Source: a virus (lineage: Duplodnaviria > Caudoviricetes). Taken from it: a stretch of 64,000 nt of DNA. The notes beneath the pieces were generated by a model. The model worked only from the letters and a program-made list of their open reading frames with translations. It was not told the origin of the DNA and searched no databases. The position numbers and the translations under genes are program-made. How positions within the stretch are numbered: position 1 is the first letter of the stretch; each line of letters starts with the position of its first letter. Where the stretch lies: the IMG/VR virus record IMGVR_UViG_2934156241_000002, positions 1 to 64,000 of that record; one strand, 5' to 3'. Below, piece by piece: positions 9,573 to 19,043 of this stretch.

Positions 9573-10658
9573 ATGCCTCAGTCGTATCCGTACACGTACA
9601 CCGACGGCCAGAACCACCGGCTCACCTTCGGGACCGCCCTGGACGGACACCGGACCCCGCACGTCTCGATCCAGGCCGAGAACCTGACGTGGGGCGGTGA
9701 CGTCGCGAACGTGTGGCTCACAGTTCCCCAGGCTCACGCTCTCGATCGCCACCTGGCCGATGGGCTCCCGTACGAGTGGACCGACCACATGAACGACGTG
9801 CTCACCGTCGTCATAGCCCCGGACTTCACCACCTTCGAAGTCACCCGGGTCGCTTCCGAGGACCATGGCGACATCGCTGTCCGCGTGGTTGCCCTGACCG
9901 GCCGTCTCCCAGAGCTCCGGAAGGCGCTCACGACCAGCGTTGAGCATGCCGAGCAGCGTGCCGAGCGGGCGTGCGGGCTGTGCGACGTGGCGAAGCCTGC
10001 GTACGCGTTCCGGGACCACATGATGAACGTCCACCCTGACCAGTTCGAGGCGTGGCGCGACCGCGAGCAGCCCGCCGTGCCGGCGCTTACCGCCGAACCC
10101 GTTACTGAGCAGCACCCCGTCGGCTCCTCTCCCGTCTACGGCGCTCTCGCCGCGAACTGGGTCGTTCCCCAGGTCGATGCCGCTCTCCGCGTGCTGATGG
10201 TGGCCCGTCAGCCCCTGGCCTCGTTCTACGGCCATCGCTGCGTCGGGAAGGGTGCCTACCTCGACCCACGCCGGGACACCGGCCAGGTTGTCCTGGAGCA
10301 CTGCCGCGAACACGCCCCCGCCTCGGGTGAGCGCAATCTGGCGGGCGAGCGGGCCGAGGACGAACGCATCGTGGCCGGTTGGGCGGAGCTGTTCCAGGCG
10401 CAGCGCTGGATGGTGGACCGGTACCGGGAGACGCACCCGAAGGACGGCTACCGGCTGGTGCGTCTCGTCCTGACCCCTCCGGCTGATCGGTCCCCGGCAG
10501 TCACGCCGGCCACACCTCAGCGGATCCTCACGCCCTTGGAGCACCACGCCGCGTGGCACGCCATCGAAGGCTCTGCGGGCGAGGAAGGCGCCGACCCCGG
10601 CACGGTCCTGAACGCCGTCCTCCGGGTGCTCAACATCTCCGCGCCCCCCGGGGAGTAG
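9573..10658 (+). CDS. hypothetical protein with a C2H2-like motif
   Basis: GGAG RBS; CGLC...HMMNVH. Confidence 0.7.
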   Translation: MPQSYPYTYTDGQNHRLTFGTALDGHRTPHVSIQAENLTWGGDVANVWLTVPQAHALDRHLADGLPYEWTDHMNDVLTVVIAPDFTTFEVTRVASEDHGDIAVRVVALTGRLPELRKALTTSVEHAEQRAERACGLCDVAKPAYAFRDHMMNVHPDQFEAWRDREQPAVPALTAEPVTEQHPVGSSPVYGALAANWVVPQVDAALRVLMVARQPLASFYGHRCVGKGAYLDPRRDTGQVVLEHCREHAPASGERNLAGERAEDERIVAGWAELFQAQRWMVDRYRETHPKDGYRLVRLVLTPPADRSPAVTPATPQRILTPLEHHAAWHAIEGSAGEEGADPGTVLNAVLRVLNISAPPGE

Positions 10659-10741
10659 CAGATCCCAGCGGCCGGAACGCACCACCCGCGTTCCGGCCGC
10701 CTCGTACCCCTTCCACGCCTCACACCACCAGGACACTCACC

Positions 10742-11830
10742 GTGCAATCCGCGATGCTCTTCGACCTCCCCGCTCTCCAGGGCGCCCCCGTAGCCCCTAT
10801 GACGAAGAAGCCCTGCCGCCCGCGCAAAGTGCACGCGTCCGTGCCGCTCGAGCCGTCCACGACCGTCCCCGATGAGCTGATAGCCGACGCGGACTGGATC
10901 GTCGTGAACTCCAGCGGCGGCAAGGACAGTCAGGCGATGCTGACGCACGTCGTTCGCCGTGCGAAGGCCCTCGGGATGCTGGACAAGGTGGTCGTCGTCC
11001 ACGCGGACCTGGGGGACATCGAGTGGGGCGGCACGAAGACGCTCGCCGAGGAGCAGGCCCACCTTGCCGGCGTCCGACGGATCGAGGTGGTGAAGGCGAA
11101 GGGCGCCGATCTGCTCGGGCGCGTCCTGGTTCGGTTCGGCAAGCTCAAGGCCAAGGCGGAGCGAGAGGCGATCGACGCCGGCCTCGACCCGGCCGCGGTG
11201 AAGGTCGCCCCAGCCTGGCCTTCGAGCTCAGCGCGTTGGTGCACGAGTGACGTGAAGCGCGGGCCGGTCTGGACGCTGTTCACCAGGCTCACCGCGGAGC
11301 TGTCGCACCTGGGGCGGCCGGTGCGCATCCTCAACTGCATGGGCCAGCGGGCCGCCGAATCCGCTCCGAGAGCGAAGCTCGCCGAGGTGGAGATCGACCG
11401 TTCGGCGAGCAACGGCAAGCGGCACGTCACCGTATGGCGCCCGATCCATGGGTGGAGCGACGCCGAAGTGTGGCGGGAGATCGCCCGTTCCGGCCTGCCC
11501 TACCACCCGGCCTACGACTGGGGCATGCGCCGCTTGAGCTGCAGCTTCTGCGTCCTCGGATGTGAGGCCGACGTGGTGCTCGCCGCGCGGCTCCGCCCGA
11601 AGAAGGCCGCCGAGTACGCGGCCATGGAAGTCCAGGTCGGCGCCGACTTCAAGCACGGCTTGTCCATGGCCGAGATCATCCGCCGCGCCGCAGAGCTGGA
11701 GAAGGAGCAGGGCCCCGTGCGGCGGCCGCCGACCGGAACGGCGATGGCCGGGTTCATCGGCCGCTCGGCAACCGCCCTGTACCTGCGCCGCCGGGACCTT
11801 GTGCGCAACCGCCTGACGCTCGCTTCCTGA
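10742..11830 (+). CDS. PAPS reductase family (PP-loop) protein
   Basis: VVNSSGGKDS PP-loop, RWCTSDVK, GQRAAESAPRA, WRPIHGWS, RLSCSFC. Confidence 0.85.
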   Translation: MQSAMLFDLPALQGAPVAPMTKKPCRPRKVHASVPLEPSTTVPDELIADADWIVVNSSGGKDSQAMLTHVVRRAKALGMLDKVVVVHADLGDIEWGGTKTLAEEQAHLAGVRRIEVVKAKGADLLGRVLVRFGKLKAKAEREAIDAGLDPAAVKVAPAWPSSSARWCTSDVKRGPVWTLFTRLTAELSHLGRPVRILNCMGQRAAESAPRAKLAEVEIDRSASNGKRHVTVWRPIHGWSDAEVWREIARSGLPYHPAYDWGMRRLSCSFCVLGCEADVVLAARLRPKKAAEYAAMEVQVGADFKHGLSMAEIIRRAAELEKEQGPVRRPPTGTAMAGFIGRSATALYLRRRDLVRNRLTLAS

Positions 11831-11866
11831 CTTCTGCCGTCTCCCACCGACCCTGGAGAAGAACTC

Positions 11867-13312
11867 ATGTCCGTGTTCAGCACGAGCTACACCGCCGAGA
11901 AGGCCACCGTCGGCCAGCGTCGCGTCATGCTCGCCGCCGTCGACGCCGGGGGCCAGCTGCCCGTCGACGCCCACCCGCGTGTGCTCCGCTCCATCCCGGA
12001 GACCTGGGCCCTCACCGACGGGGATGCCGGGGGGCGGTTCCTCACCGCCGAGGGACGTACCGTACTCGCGCCGCTGGGGCGCTTCTACCTTCTGAGACAG
12101 GCGAACCCCGAGACGGGCGCCATGCCGGGTTCGACCTGCCACAGTGACCTGCTCGGGCTCGTACGGGACGGTCTCGCTGTCATTCAGGATGCTGAGGGTC
12201 GCACCGTATCCGTCTCGGAGCGGTGGGACCGTGGCAACGGCCTGTACATCAGCGAGCGGGGCCGGAAGCTGGTCGGGATGCCGCTGACAGCTCCCCCGTT
12301 CGCTGCGCGCTTTCCCTTGTACTCCCGGGCACTGTGGAAGCGGCAGGGGAAACCGGATTGCTCCGTAGCAGTGCGAGGTTGGCCGCTGGCCGACGGCACG
12401 GTTCATGTGAGGCCCGTGGGCGCGGACCTCAGCTACGCAGCGAGCAGGGAGCGGGCAGTGCCGGCCGAGGAGATTCATCCCGAGCCCGAGCGTCCCGTGA
12501 CCGCCGTGACCCGCCAATCCGACGACGGAGAGAAGGCGATGACCGCCGGCACGCCCGAACTGCCCCTGGACGACGAGCTTGAAGCACTGCGCGGGCTTGC
12601 TGCGGCGGCTGTGAAGCCCATGACGCCCGGCGCGGAGACGTGGGAGCAGGTGAAGGTTCTGGAGGAGCGCGCGAACGCCGGGTACGACCTGGCGGAGCGG
12701 TTCGCCGAGTTCGACCGGCGGGCGTCGGCCGACCAGTGGGCACCGCGAGAGTGGAGACGTGGCCGGGACCTGTCCGACGAGGACGCGGCCGCGCTGGTCG
12801 AGAAGTGGCCGGAGCTTGAGGCTCTGGGGCCGACGTTCCTGCGCACGCTCGCCGCGTCCGGGTTCGCCGGGTTCCAGATGGCCAACCTGGTCAACCAGGT
12901 GCAGGGGAGCCGCGGCCTGCCGGAGATCAAGGCCGGTGACGTAGTCGAGGCGATGCTGGCCGGCGGGGGCGAGCCGAAGACGATCCGGCTCAAGGTGGAC
13001 CGGGCCCCGTGGGCGGGCGGCCCGGACAGCACGGTCCTCAGCGACGGTAGGGCGGTGACCGCAGTGCCCGGCGACGCCGGCAGAGCCGGGGGCGTACTGC
13101 GGACTGTGCGGCGGGTCGGTCGCACCCGGCACGGCGCAGCTCGTTGTCGTCCGGGAGGGCGAGGGCCGCCGGGAGGTTTGTCACACCGGTTCATGCGCCG
13201 CGCACCCGTCGTACGAGGAGTACGAGGAGCAGCAGGCACGCAGGCGGGCCGCCGAGGACCGGTGGCGGTCGGAGGAAGCGGCTGCGGAGAAGAAGCGGGC
13301 CGTGAAGCGTGA
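11867..13312 (+). CDS. hypothetical protein; the part after about 13060 is probably out of frame
   Basis: GGAG RBS; protein-like to ...DGRAVT, then Arg/Gly-rich shadow sequence. Confidence 0.6.
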   Translation: MSVFSTSYTAEKATVGQRRVMLAAVDAGGQLPVDAHPRVLRSIPETWALTDGDAGGRFLTAEGRTVLAPLGRFYLLRQANPETGAMPGSTCHSDLLGLVRDGLAVIQDAEGRTVSVSERWDRGNGLYISERGRKLVGMPLTAPPFAARFPLYSRALWKRQGKPDCSVAVRGWPLADGTVHVRPVGADLSYAASRERAVPAEEIHPEPERPVTAVTRQSDDGEKAMTAGTPELPLDDELEALRGLAAAAVKPMTPGAETWEQVKVLEERANAGYDLAERFAEFDRRASADQWAPREWRRGRDLSDEDAAALVEKWPELEALGPTFLRTLAASGFAGFQMANLVNQVQGSRGLPEIKAGDVVEAMLAGGGEPKTIRLKVDRAPWAGGPDSTVLSDGRAVTAVPGDAGRAGGVLRTVRRVGRTRHGAARCRPGGRGPPGGLSHRFMRRAPVVRGVRGAAGTQAGRRGPVAVGGSGCGEEAGREA

Positions 13313-13838
13313 GGCGGCTGCGGAGAAGCGGCGGGTGGCCCGGCAGGCGAAGGAGACGGCGGAGCGTGAGGCGGCCGACGCGATGCGTGCCCGGGTGGAG
13401 TCGCTGGCGGTCATCGAGGTGACCGGGCGGCAGGAGCTGTTCGACAAGGGGCTGAATCCGTACGGGGAGCGCATGCGTCTCGTTGAGGTCTCCGTGGTCC
13501 TGGAGGACGGCGAACCGGCCGGCTGGTGGGAGGTCACTGCGTACGGCAGCCGCCTGGACGAAATCGACGACCGCGGCGGCCGGTACTTCCGCCTGTTTGA
13601 TGCCCGCTCCGAGTACCAGCTGTACAAGTACGAGCCCGAGCAGTACCGCCCGGACCCCAGCCCCCGGGTCGGAGCGGCCCCTTGCCCTCCTGGCGGGGGG
13701 AAGCACTGCGACCACTGCGGTACGACGGTGGCCGTGGGCGGGTGGATGACCGCGTCTCTCGGCCAGGCGTGCGGTGTCGACTGCTACGACGCCATGTCCG
13801 GCGCCCGAGGAGCCCACGCGAACCGGCACCATCACTGA
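13059..13838 (+). pseudogene. 5'-truncated or frameshifted Zn-finger and coiled-coil protein
   Basis: The frame of ORF 13302-13838 stays open and protein-like (YCGLCGG...YEEYEEQQ) back to TGA at 13056-13058, with no start codon before 13302; C-terminal CDHC...CGVDC. Confidence 0.5.
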
Positions 13839-13861
13839 CCCTGTCTAGGAGAATCGGCACC

Positions 13862-14359
13862 ATGGAAAACACGCAGAAAAGCCCGGACGGAGCCGAGCAC
13901 TTCAGTGCTCTGGGAATCCACACTGAGGCGCCTGTCGCCCGGCTGCAGGCCCAGTCCGCGCGGATCGCGGGGGAGCCAGTGATCCTGATGATCCAGCCGG
14001 AGACCGTGTCCTGGGGGAACAGGGACGGCAGTCCGATCGCCCGCGACACAGTGGAGACGGCGATGCAGTCGCATGGGGCGACCGCCTTCACGCTGCCACC
14101 CGAATTCGAGGCTGACACGGCCGCGGGGTGGGAAGCGCATCTGACGCCGGCCACGGCCGAGATGCGCATCACCATGCCGGGCGGCCTGGCGTTGTACGAG
14201 GGCACGATGCCGACAACGCCGGACTGGCCGCGCGACGTCGCGGCGGCCGGCAGCGCCGTTGTGATCACCGGGCCGATGTCGTCACTTGAGGACTTCGAGC
14301 CGTTGATCGCCAAGGGGCGGGTGCTGTGGCTGCGCGTTCCGTTCGAGATCAAGGCGTGA
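13862..14359 (+). CDS. hypothetical protein
   Basis: AGGAG RBS; MENTQKSPDG... Confidence 0.7.
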   Translation: MENTQKSPDGAEHFSALGIHTEAPVARLQAQSARIAGEPVILMIQPETVSWGNRDGSPIARDTVETAMQSHGATAFTLPPEFEADTAAGWEAHLTPATAEMRITMPGGLALYEGTMPTTPDWPRDVAAAGSAVVITGPMSSLEDFEPLIAKGRVLWLRVPFEIKA

Positions 14360-14422
14360 CGAGCCGTCTGTGTCCCTGACCCGGGCCAGACAACTGCCGT
14401 ATGCTGCAAACCTGTTCCACAT

Positions 14423-14463
14423 GCACGGAGCCCCGGCCACCTGTTATGGCCGGGGCTCCGTGC
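14423..14463. terminator. bidirectional terminator-like hairpin
   Basis: GCACGGAGCCCCGGCCA-N7-TGGCCGGGGCTCCGTGC between convergent genes. Confidence 0.75.
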
Positions 14464-14476
14464 GTTCTGTGTCCGC

Positions 14477-15403
14477 CTACTGCTGCGGCTTCCGGGCCTT
14501 CTTCCCGGCCTGCTTCATGCGCTCGAGGACCGCGTCGAAGACGGTGGAGTCCTTCTCGTCGGCGAACGCCTGCAGGAGGTGGAGCTGTACCTCCGAACGC
14601 GGGATGCGGCCGCGGTCGAGGTTGTTGGCCAGAGCGATGGCGCGGGCGTCCACGGCCCGCGTCACGGTCGGCGGGATGGCGGGAACGCCCGACGGCGGGA
14701 GCTCACCGAGCAGCACGCCCTTGATCGTCTTGGCGAGGACGTCGGGGTCCTCGTCGTCCTCGAGCTTGAGGTCGCCCGGCATGAGCTTGACGGTCTCGCG
14801 CAGTCGGGCGGCCGTGACCTTGTCGGCGCCGACGGTGTCGGCGACCAGGACGTAGACGGCGACTGCGGCGTTGAGGCCGTACGTGTTCTTGACCGGGACG
14901 AGTTCGCGTACCTGGCCGGGGACGGCGTCGTACTTGCGGGCCATGAGGACTTCGCCGATCTCCCAGGCCGCGCGCCACTGGTTGCACTTGGAGACGCTGA
15001 TGCCCTTCTCGACCTCGGCCCACTCCTCGATTGTGGTGTAGCAGCGTTCGGGCTCCAGCTTGTGCTGCGTGCGGCGGAACAGCTTGCCGGTGGCCACGGT
15101 GTCCAGGGATTTGCCCGCCATGAACCAGGCGGTCTTGTGGAGCGCGATGCCGTGCTCGCACAGCTCCAGGCGCTCAAGTTCCTCGGCGGTGAGCTCGCCC
15201 TCCCCGGCGGGCTCGACGGGGTCGGGGATCTTATCGAGGCCGGGTCGGACCTCCTCGACGGCTGCTTCAATGCGGGCGGCCACGGCCGCCTCGCGTTCCT
15301 CCTCGGTGGTGCGGCTGCCCTTCGCGAGGGCGTTCGCAGCTTTCTTGGTCTTGGTGCTGCCCGCATTTTCCCAGCTGGTCTCGTCGTCCCACTGGTTGCT
15401 CAT
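14477..15403 (-). CDS. ParA partner, putative non-canonical centromere-binding protein
   Basis: ATG overlaps the parA stop; HTH-like segment TIEEWAEVEKGISVSKCNQWRAAW; no ParB CTPase box seen. Confidence 0.65.
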   Translation of the reverse strand: MSNQWDDETSWENAGSTKTKKAANALAKGSRTTEEEREAAVAARIEAAVEEVRPGLDKIPDPVEPAGEGELTAEELERLELCEHGIALHKTAWFMAGKSLDTVATGKLFRRTQHKLEPERCYTTIEEWAEVEKGISVSKCNQWRAAWEIGEVLMARKYDAVPGQVRELVPVKNTYGLNAAVAVYVLVADTVGADKVTAARLRETVKLMPGDLKLEDDEDPDVLAKTIKGVLLGELPPSGVPAIPPTVTRAVDARAIALANNLDRGRIPRSEVQLHLLQAFADEKDSTVFDAVLERMKQAGKKARKPQQ

Positions 15404-16254
15404 GCTGCAGCCGCCACCATTCCGCTCTTGACTGCGATGTCGCGGAAGAAGCCAGCGGTGTCGGACCTCGGCCGGTACATCTGTACGGGCTGGCCGCTCG
15501 CGCGGGCTTCCTTGAGGTCGGCGCCGCGGTAAGGGACCTCTCCGAGGTTGACGAGCTTCGGATGGTTGCGCAGGTTCTTGAGGACAGCCGCGTCGAAGTG
15601 TCCTGCGCTTGCCTTGGCCGTGCTGATGACAAGGCCGAGTTCGGTGAAGTCGGAGCGCTCCAGCTCGGCCATGATCATCTCGTGTTGGGCGAGCTGCATG
15701 CTGACGGCCTTCATCGCCCACCTGTCGACGTCGACCATGGTGATGGCGGCATCGGCGGCAGCTGTCATCGAGTCGGTGTCGGTGTCGATTGCCGGCCGGG
15801 TGTCGAGGAGGATGTAGTCGTACTCCCCCTGGAAGTGAGCCAGCATCTTGCGGTGCGCGTGGTAGGCGTTGCCGCGTTCGCGGAGCCGGGCCGGGAGGAA
15901 CTGCATGTCCATGCTGGCCGGCAGAACGTGGATCAGGGGGAAGGGCTTGGCCACGAGGGCGTGCGGGTCCTTCCCGCCCAGCAGGCACGTGACCTGCGTG
16001 TCGCCCTCGTCCTCATCAAGCATTTCGATCTTGTAGGCGTCCGTGGCGTTGCCGGAGGGGTCACCGTCAACGATGAGCACGCGCTGCCCGAATGAGGCGA
16101 GCCCGCCGGCAAGGTTGATGGTCGTCGTCGTCTTTCCGACGCCGCCCTTCTGGTTGCACATCACGATGATGCGAGTGGTGGCCGGCTCGGCGAACGGGAG
16201 CGGCCCGTACCTCAGCCGGTCGGCAGCGGCGAGGGCGCTGGTTGGTGTCGTCAT
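15400..16254 (-). CDS. parA: ParA/Soj partition ATPase
   Basis: Deviant Walker A NQKGGVGKTTT, DGDPSGN, YDYILLDTRP. Confidence 0.93.
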   Translation of the reverse strand: MTTPTSALAAADRLRYGPLPFAEPATTRIIVMCNQKGGVGKTTTTINLAGGLASFGQRVLIVDGDPSGNATDAYKIEMLDEDEGDTQVTCLLGGKDPHALVAKPFPLIHVLPASMDMQFLPARLRERGNAYHAHRKMLAHFQGEYDYILLDTRPAIDTDTDSMTAAADAAITMVDVDRWAMKAVSMQLAQHEMIMAELERSDFTELGLVISTAKASAGHFDAAVLKNLRNHPKLVNLGEVPYRGADLKEARASGQPVQMYRPRSDTAGFFRDIAVKSGMVAAAA

Positions 16255-16329
16255 GGGAGGGACGATAGTCAGACCGGCGCCCCGTTTCCGGCACCGAGCC
16301 CTTATCGGTGCGGGAAACGGCACGTGGTA

Positions 16330-16358
16330 GGGCCCCGTACGTCACTCGTACGGGGCCC
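16330..16358 (-). terminator. stem-loop after the cis-prenyltransferase operon
   Basis: GGGCCCCGTACG-N5-CGTACGGGGCCC. Confidence 0.6.
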
Positions 16359-16365
16359 GGCCGGG

Positions 16366-16393
16366 TTGCACAATTGTGCAAGAACGATCTTGG
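16366..16393. promoter_or_regulatory. parS-like palindrome, copy 1
   Basis: TTGCACAATTGTGCAAGAACGATCTTGG about 110 bp upstream of parA; identical copy at 56435. Confidence 0.65.
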
Positions 16394-17113
16394 TCAGCGT
16401 CCGAAGGTGCGCTGCTGGGCGGCGTGCGCGGCGAGAGCCTCTTCGAGGGCCTGGCGGTCGTAGTCGGGCCAGTACCGGTCGTCGAAGTGCATGGTCGCGT
16501 CCGCGGCTTGGTAGAGCAGGAAGCCGGACAGGCGGCGCTCGCCGGCGGAGCGGACGATCAGCTCGAGGTCCGGCAGTCCTCCGGTGGACAGGTAACGGTC
16601 GACCGACAGTTCCGCCCGCTCGTCGTAGTCGGGGGAGCGGAGCGCGCGGGCGACGGCCTGGCGGATGTCGGCGCGCCCGTCGTACCCGATGCCGAAGCAG
16701 ACGGTCATGCCCGGCCGGTCGGCGGTGACTTCCTCGGTGCGCCGGATCGCGTCTGCGAGTCGGCCGGGGAAGCGGTGGCCGGCGGAGAGCTGGGCCAGGA
16801 CACGGACCGGGCCGGTGGACGCGGCGGCCTCGACGTCGAGCATGTCCGTGATGACGTCGACGAGCTCGGCGACCTCGTGCTCCGGTCGGTGGAAGTTCCG
16901 GTCGGACATCAGGAACACTGAGGCGGCTTCGACGCCGAGGGTGCGGCACTGTGCGAGGACCTGGTGGACGACGGCCGCGCCGTAGCGGTGGCCCTGTTCG
17001 ACCGGTAGGCCGTGGGAGGTTGCCCAGCGGCGGTTTCCGTCGGCTATGAAGCCGATGTGGCGGGGCACGGCGAGGGCGGCCGGTGCGGGCACGGTGTCGG
17101 TGATCGTCAGCAT
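16394..17113 (-). CDS. uppS: cis-prenyltransferase (UppS/Z-isoprenyl diphosphate synthase family)
   Basis: PRHIGFIADGNRRWA, GH, SDRNFHRP, IGYDGR, RSAGERRLSGFLLYQ, C-terminal RTFG. Confidence 0.92.
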   Translation of the reverse strand: MLTITDTVPAPAALAVPRHIGFIADGNRRWATSHGLPVEQGHRYGAAVVHQVLAQCRTLGVEAASVFLMSDRNFHRPEHEVAELVDVITDMLDVEAAASTGPVRVLAQLSAGHRFPGRLADAIRRTEEVTADRPGMTVCFGIGYDGRADIRQAVARALRSPDYDERAELSVDRYLSTGGLPDLELIVRSAGERRLSGFLLYQAADATMHFDDRYWPDYDRQALEEALAAHAAQQRTFGR

Positions 17114-17139
17114 GGCGGTGGTCTACCGGGCGGGTCTCA

Positions 17140-17757
17140 TTAGTGTCCCGCGGTGAGGAGCGCGAAGACGGTTCCTGCGGTGACGGTGCCGGCGGCCGCG
17201 CCCGCGAGGGTCTGCGCGAGCGTGTGGTCGCGCAGCGAGATCCGGGACCAGCCGATCACGGCGACGATCGGGTAGGTGATCCAGACGAGCGGCCCCCAGG
17301 TGAGGGCGAGCATGGCCAGCGCACCTCCGGCGACGGCCGTGTGTACGGAGATCTTCCACTTCCACAGTGCGGTGGGCACGAGGAGGATGGCGAGGGTGGC
17401 GAGCATCGCGAGGACGAGAGCGAGCATCGCGCGGGGGGCGTCGAAGACGAGCATGCCGCCGATGCCGGTGGCGACCGACGCCATGATGACGGGGATCAGG
17501 AGTCTCCGCCGCTGGACCTGGCCGATGTGCCGGTCGGCCCACATGCCCGTGCGCATCCCGAACTTGATGTAGGCCATGGGGATCGCCGCGGCGAACAGGA
17601 TGGCCTCGAGCGCCCACAGGAGGCCGGTGAGCGGGTTGTCCTGGGCCAGGCCGACGCCGAGGCTCACCAGGATGATGACGTTGCGCGGCTCCATCCCGTC
17701 GGTGATGGCGCGGGCCGCACGGTTCTCGGTGGCGGGCGAGGTGGCAATGCTGGTCAT
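17140..17757 (-). CDS. PAP2-like membrane phosphatase
   Basis: Several TM helices; KISVH and WSRISLRDHTLAQ (C2/C3-like motifs); start overlaps the upstream stop. Confidence 0.75.
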   Translation of the reverse strand: MTSIATSPATENRAARAITDGMEPRNVIILVSLGVGLAQDNPLTGLLWALEAILFAAAIPMAYIKFGMRTGMWADRHIGQVQRRRLLIPVIMASVATGIGGMLVFDAPRAMLALVLAMLATLAILLVPTALWKWKISVHTAVAGGALAMLALTWGPLVWITYPIVAVIGWSRISLRDHTLAQTLAGAAAGTVTAGTVFALLTAGH

Positions 17758-19007
17758 GCGGTGACTTTCTGCGGGACGTCCTGGCCGAGCTCGGCGGCCG
17801 CGGCGGCAAGCTGGGCAGAGACGTAGTGGCGGGAGACCTGAGTCAGCCAAAGCGCGTTGGACAGCAGGTCGTTGCGTAGCGACAGCAGGGCTCCGGCTGG
17901 CCGGGCGGCGTAGTCCTGACCCTCGATCGCCTTCATCCGGGCGACGCGCAGGCAGAGCGCTTCCCGCGCGGCCCTGGCGTCCGCACCGTGGAGGCCTGCA
18001 GCGCGCGCCTCCACGAGGGCGCGATGGTGAAGGTCCTCGCTGATCCAGGGGAGCAGTTCGAAGCAGGCATCGGAGATGTCAACGACGCGTTCGTCGAGGC
18101 GTCCGTAGAGGTCACGGAAGTGACGCCGGTCGTGGTCCGGGGACGTGCCGGCCTTGAGGTGCCGCAGGATCGTGTCGGGCGGAAGGACGGACACCAGTTC
18201 CTGCCACAGCGGGCGCAGCGCGATGAGGCCGCGGCGCTGACGGCTGGCGCGGAGCAGCAGTTCCACGGCGCGCACGGAGCTGCCAACGAGCACCAGGGTG
18301 ATCGTCACGAGGGGCAGGAGAGATCCGCCGAGGTGGAACGCCCCCTCGCTGAGCGGGTACTCAAGGCCGGTGAATCCGCAGACGAGGAACGAGATCCGGT
18401 AGAGGGGGTACAGGGTTCCGACTGCGGCGCCTGCGGCCATCAGGCGCATGCACAGCCGGAGCAGCCGGTCGTCGGTGCGCTTGGCGACGGTGAGGCACAG
18501 GAGGGACGAGGGGAGCAGCGCGGCGCCCATGCTCAGCAGGTAGAGGCTCAGGTGTATGGATCCGGCGACGTCGCCGTACTGCGCGGATGCGAAGTCGCGG
18601 GAGCCGTCGGGCGCGGTGACCGACGGTGCTGCGTGCGGGAAGACCGCCGCGGCGGCGAGGCTGGCCAGGGCGACGGTGATCAGCCGGGGCTTGACGGCGA
18701 CCCATCGGCGCCAGGCCGGCTCGACCGTGCTGGGAGGGACGACGGATTCCACCCAGCCGACCAGGAGGGTGCACGACAGCATCACGGCCAGGTGCTTGGG
18801 CAGGACCGCTGCGTCTTGCAGGCCGGTGAGGTTGACCAGCGCGTCCTCAATGTACGAGAACCGCAGGGTGGAGCCGACGGCCAGGGCGAAGAACGTGGCG
18901 AGGATCGCCCGCTTCCCGGGCGTGGTGGGCCAGTAGTAGGCGCGGACGGCCACCACCAGCCATAGCGGGACGGTGGTGCACAGCTCTATGAGGTCATCGG
19001 TGGGCAC
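17754..19007 (-). CDS. MAB_1171c/DUF6545-like multi-pass membrane protein
   Basis: About 7 TM helices, then a cytoplasmic domain with LRPLWQELV and LDERVVDISDA typical of this family. Confidence 0.75.
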   Translation of the reverse strand: MPTDDLIELCTTVPLWLVVAVRAYYWPTTPGKRAILATFFALAVGSTLRFSYIEDALVNLTGLQDAAVLPKHLAVMLSCTLLVGWVESVVPPSTVEPAWRRWVAVKPRLITVALASLAAAAVFPHAAPSVTAPDGSRDFASAQYGDVAGSIHLSLYLLSMGAALLPSSLLCLTVAKRTDDRLLRLCMRLMAAGAAVGTLYPLYRISFLVCGFTGLEYPLSEGAFHLGGSLLPLVTITLVLVGSSVRAVELLLRASRQRRGLIALRPLWQELVSVLPPDTILRHLKAGTSPDHDRRHFRDLYGRLDERVVDISDACFELLPWISEDLHHRALVEARAAGLHGADARAAREALCLRVARMKAIEGQDYAARPAGALLSLRNDLLSNALWLTQVSRHYVSAQLAAAAAELGQDVPQKVTA

Positions 19008-19043
19008 GGAGGCGGCTTCCAGCGGCGAGGGTCTGCGGGTGGG

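Noticed and set aside
10742-11830. Complete Dnd/Ssp phosphorothioation system
   Set aside because: No cysteine desulfurase, DndD-like ATPase or Ssp partners in the window.
8733-13132. Long antisense ORFs (8733-10736, 11228-13132; likewise 47168-49318 and 59571-61502)
   Set aside because: Shadow frames of real genes in high-GC DNA, with no motifs.
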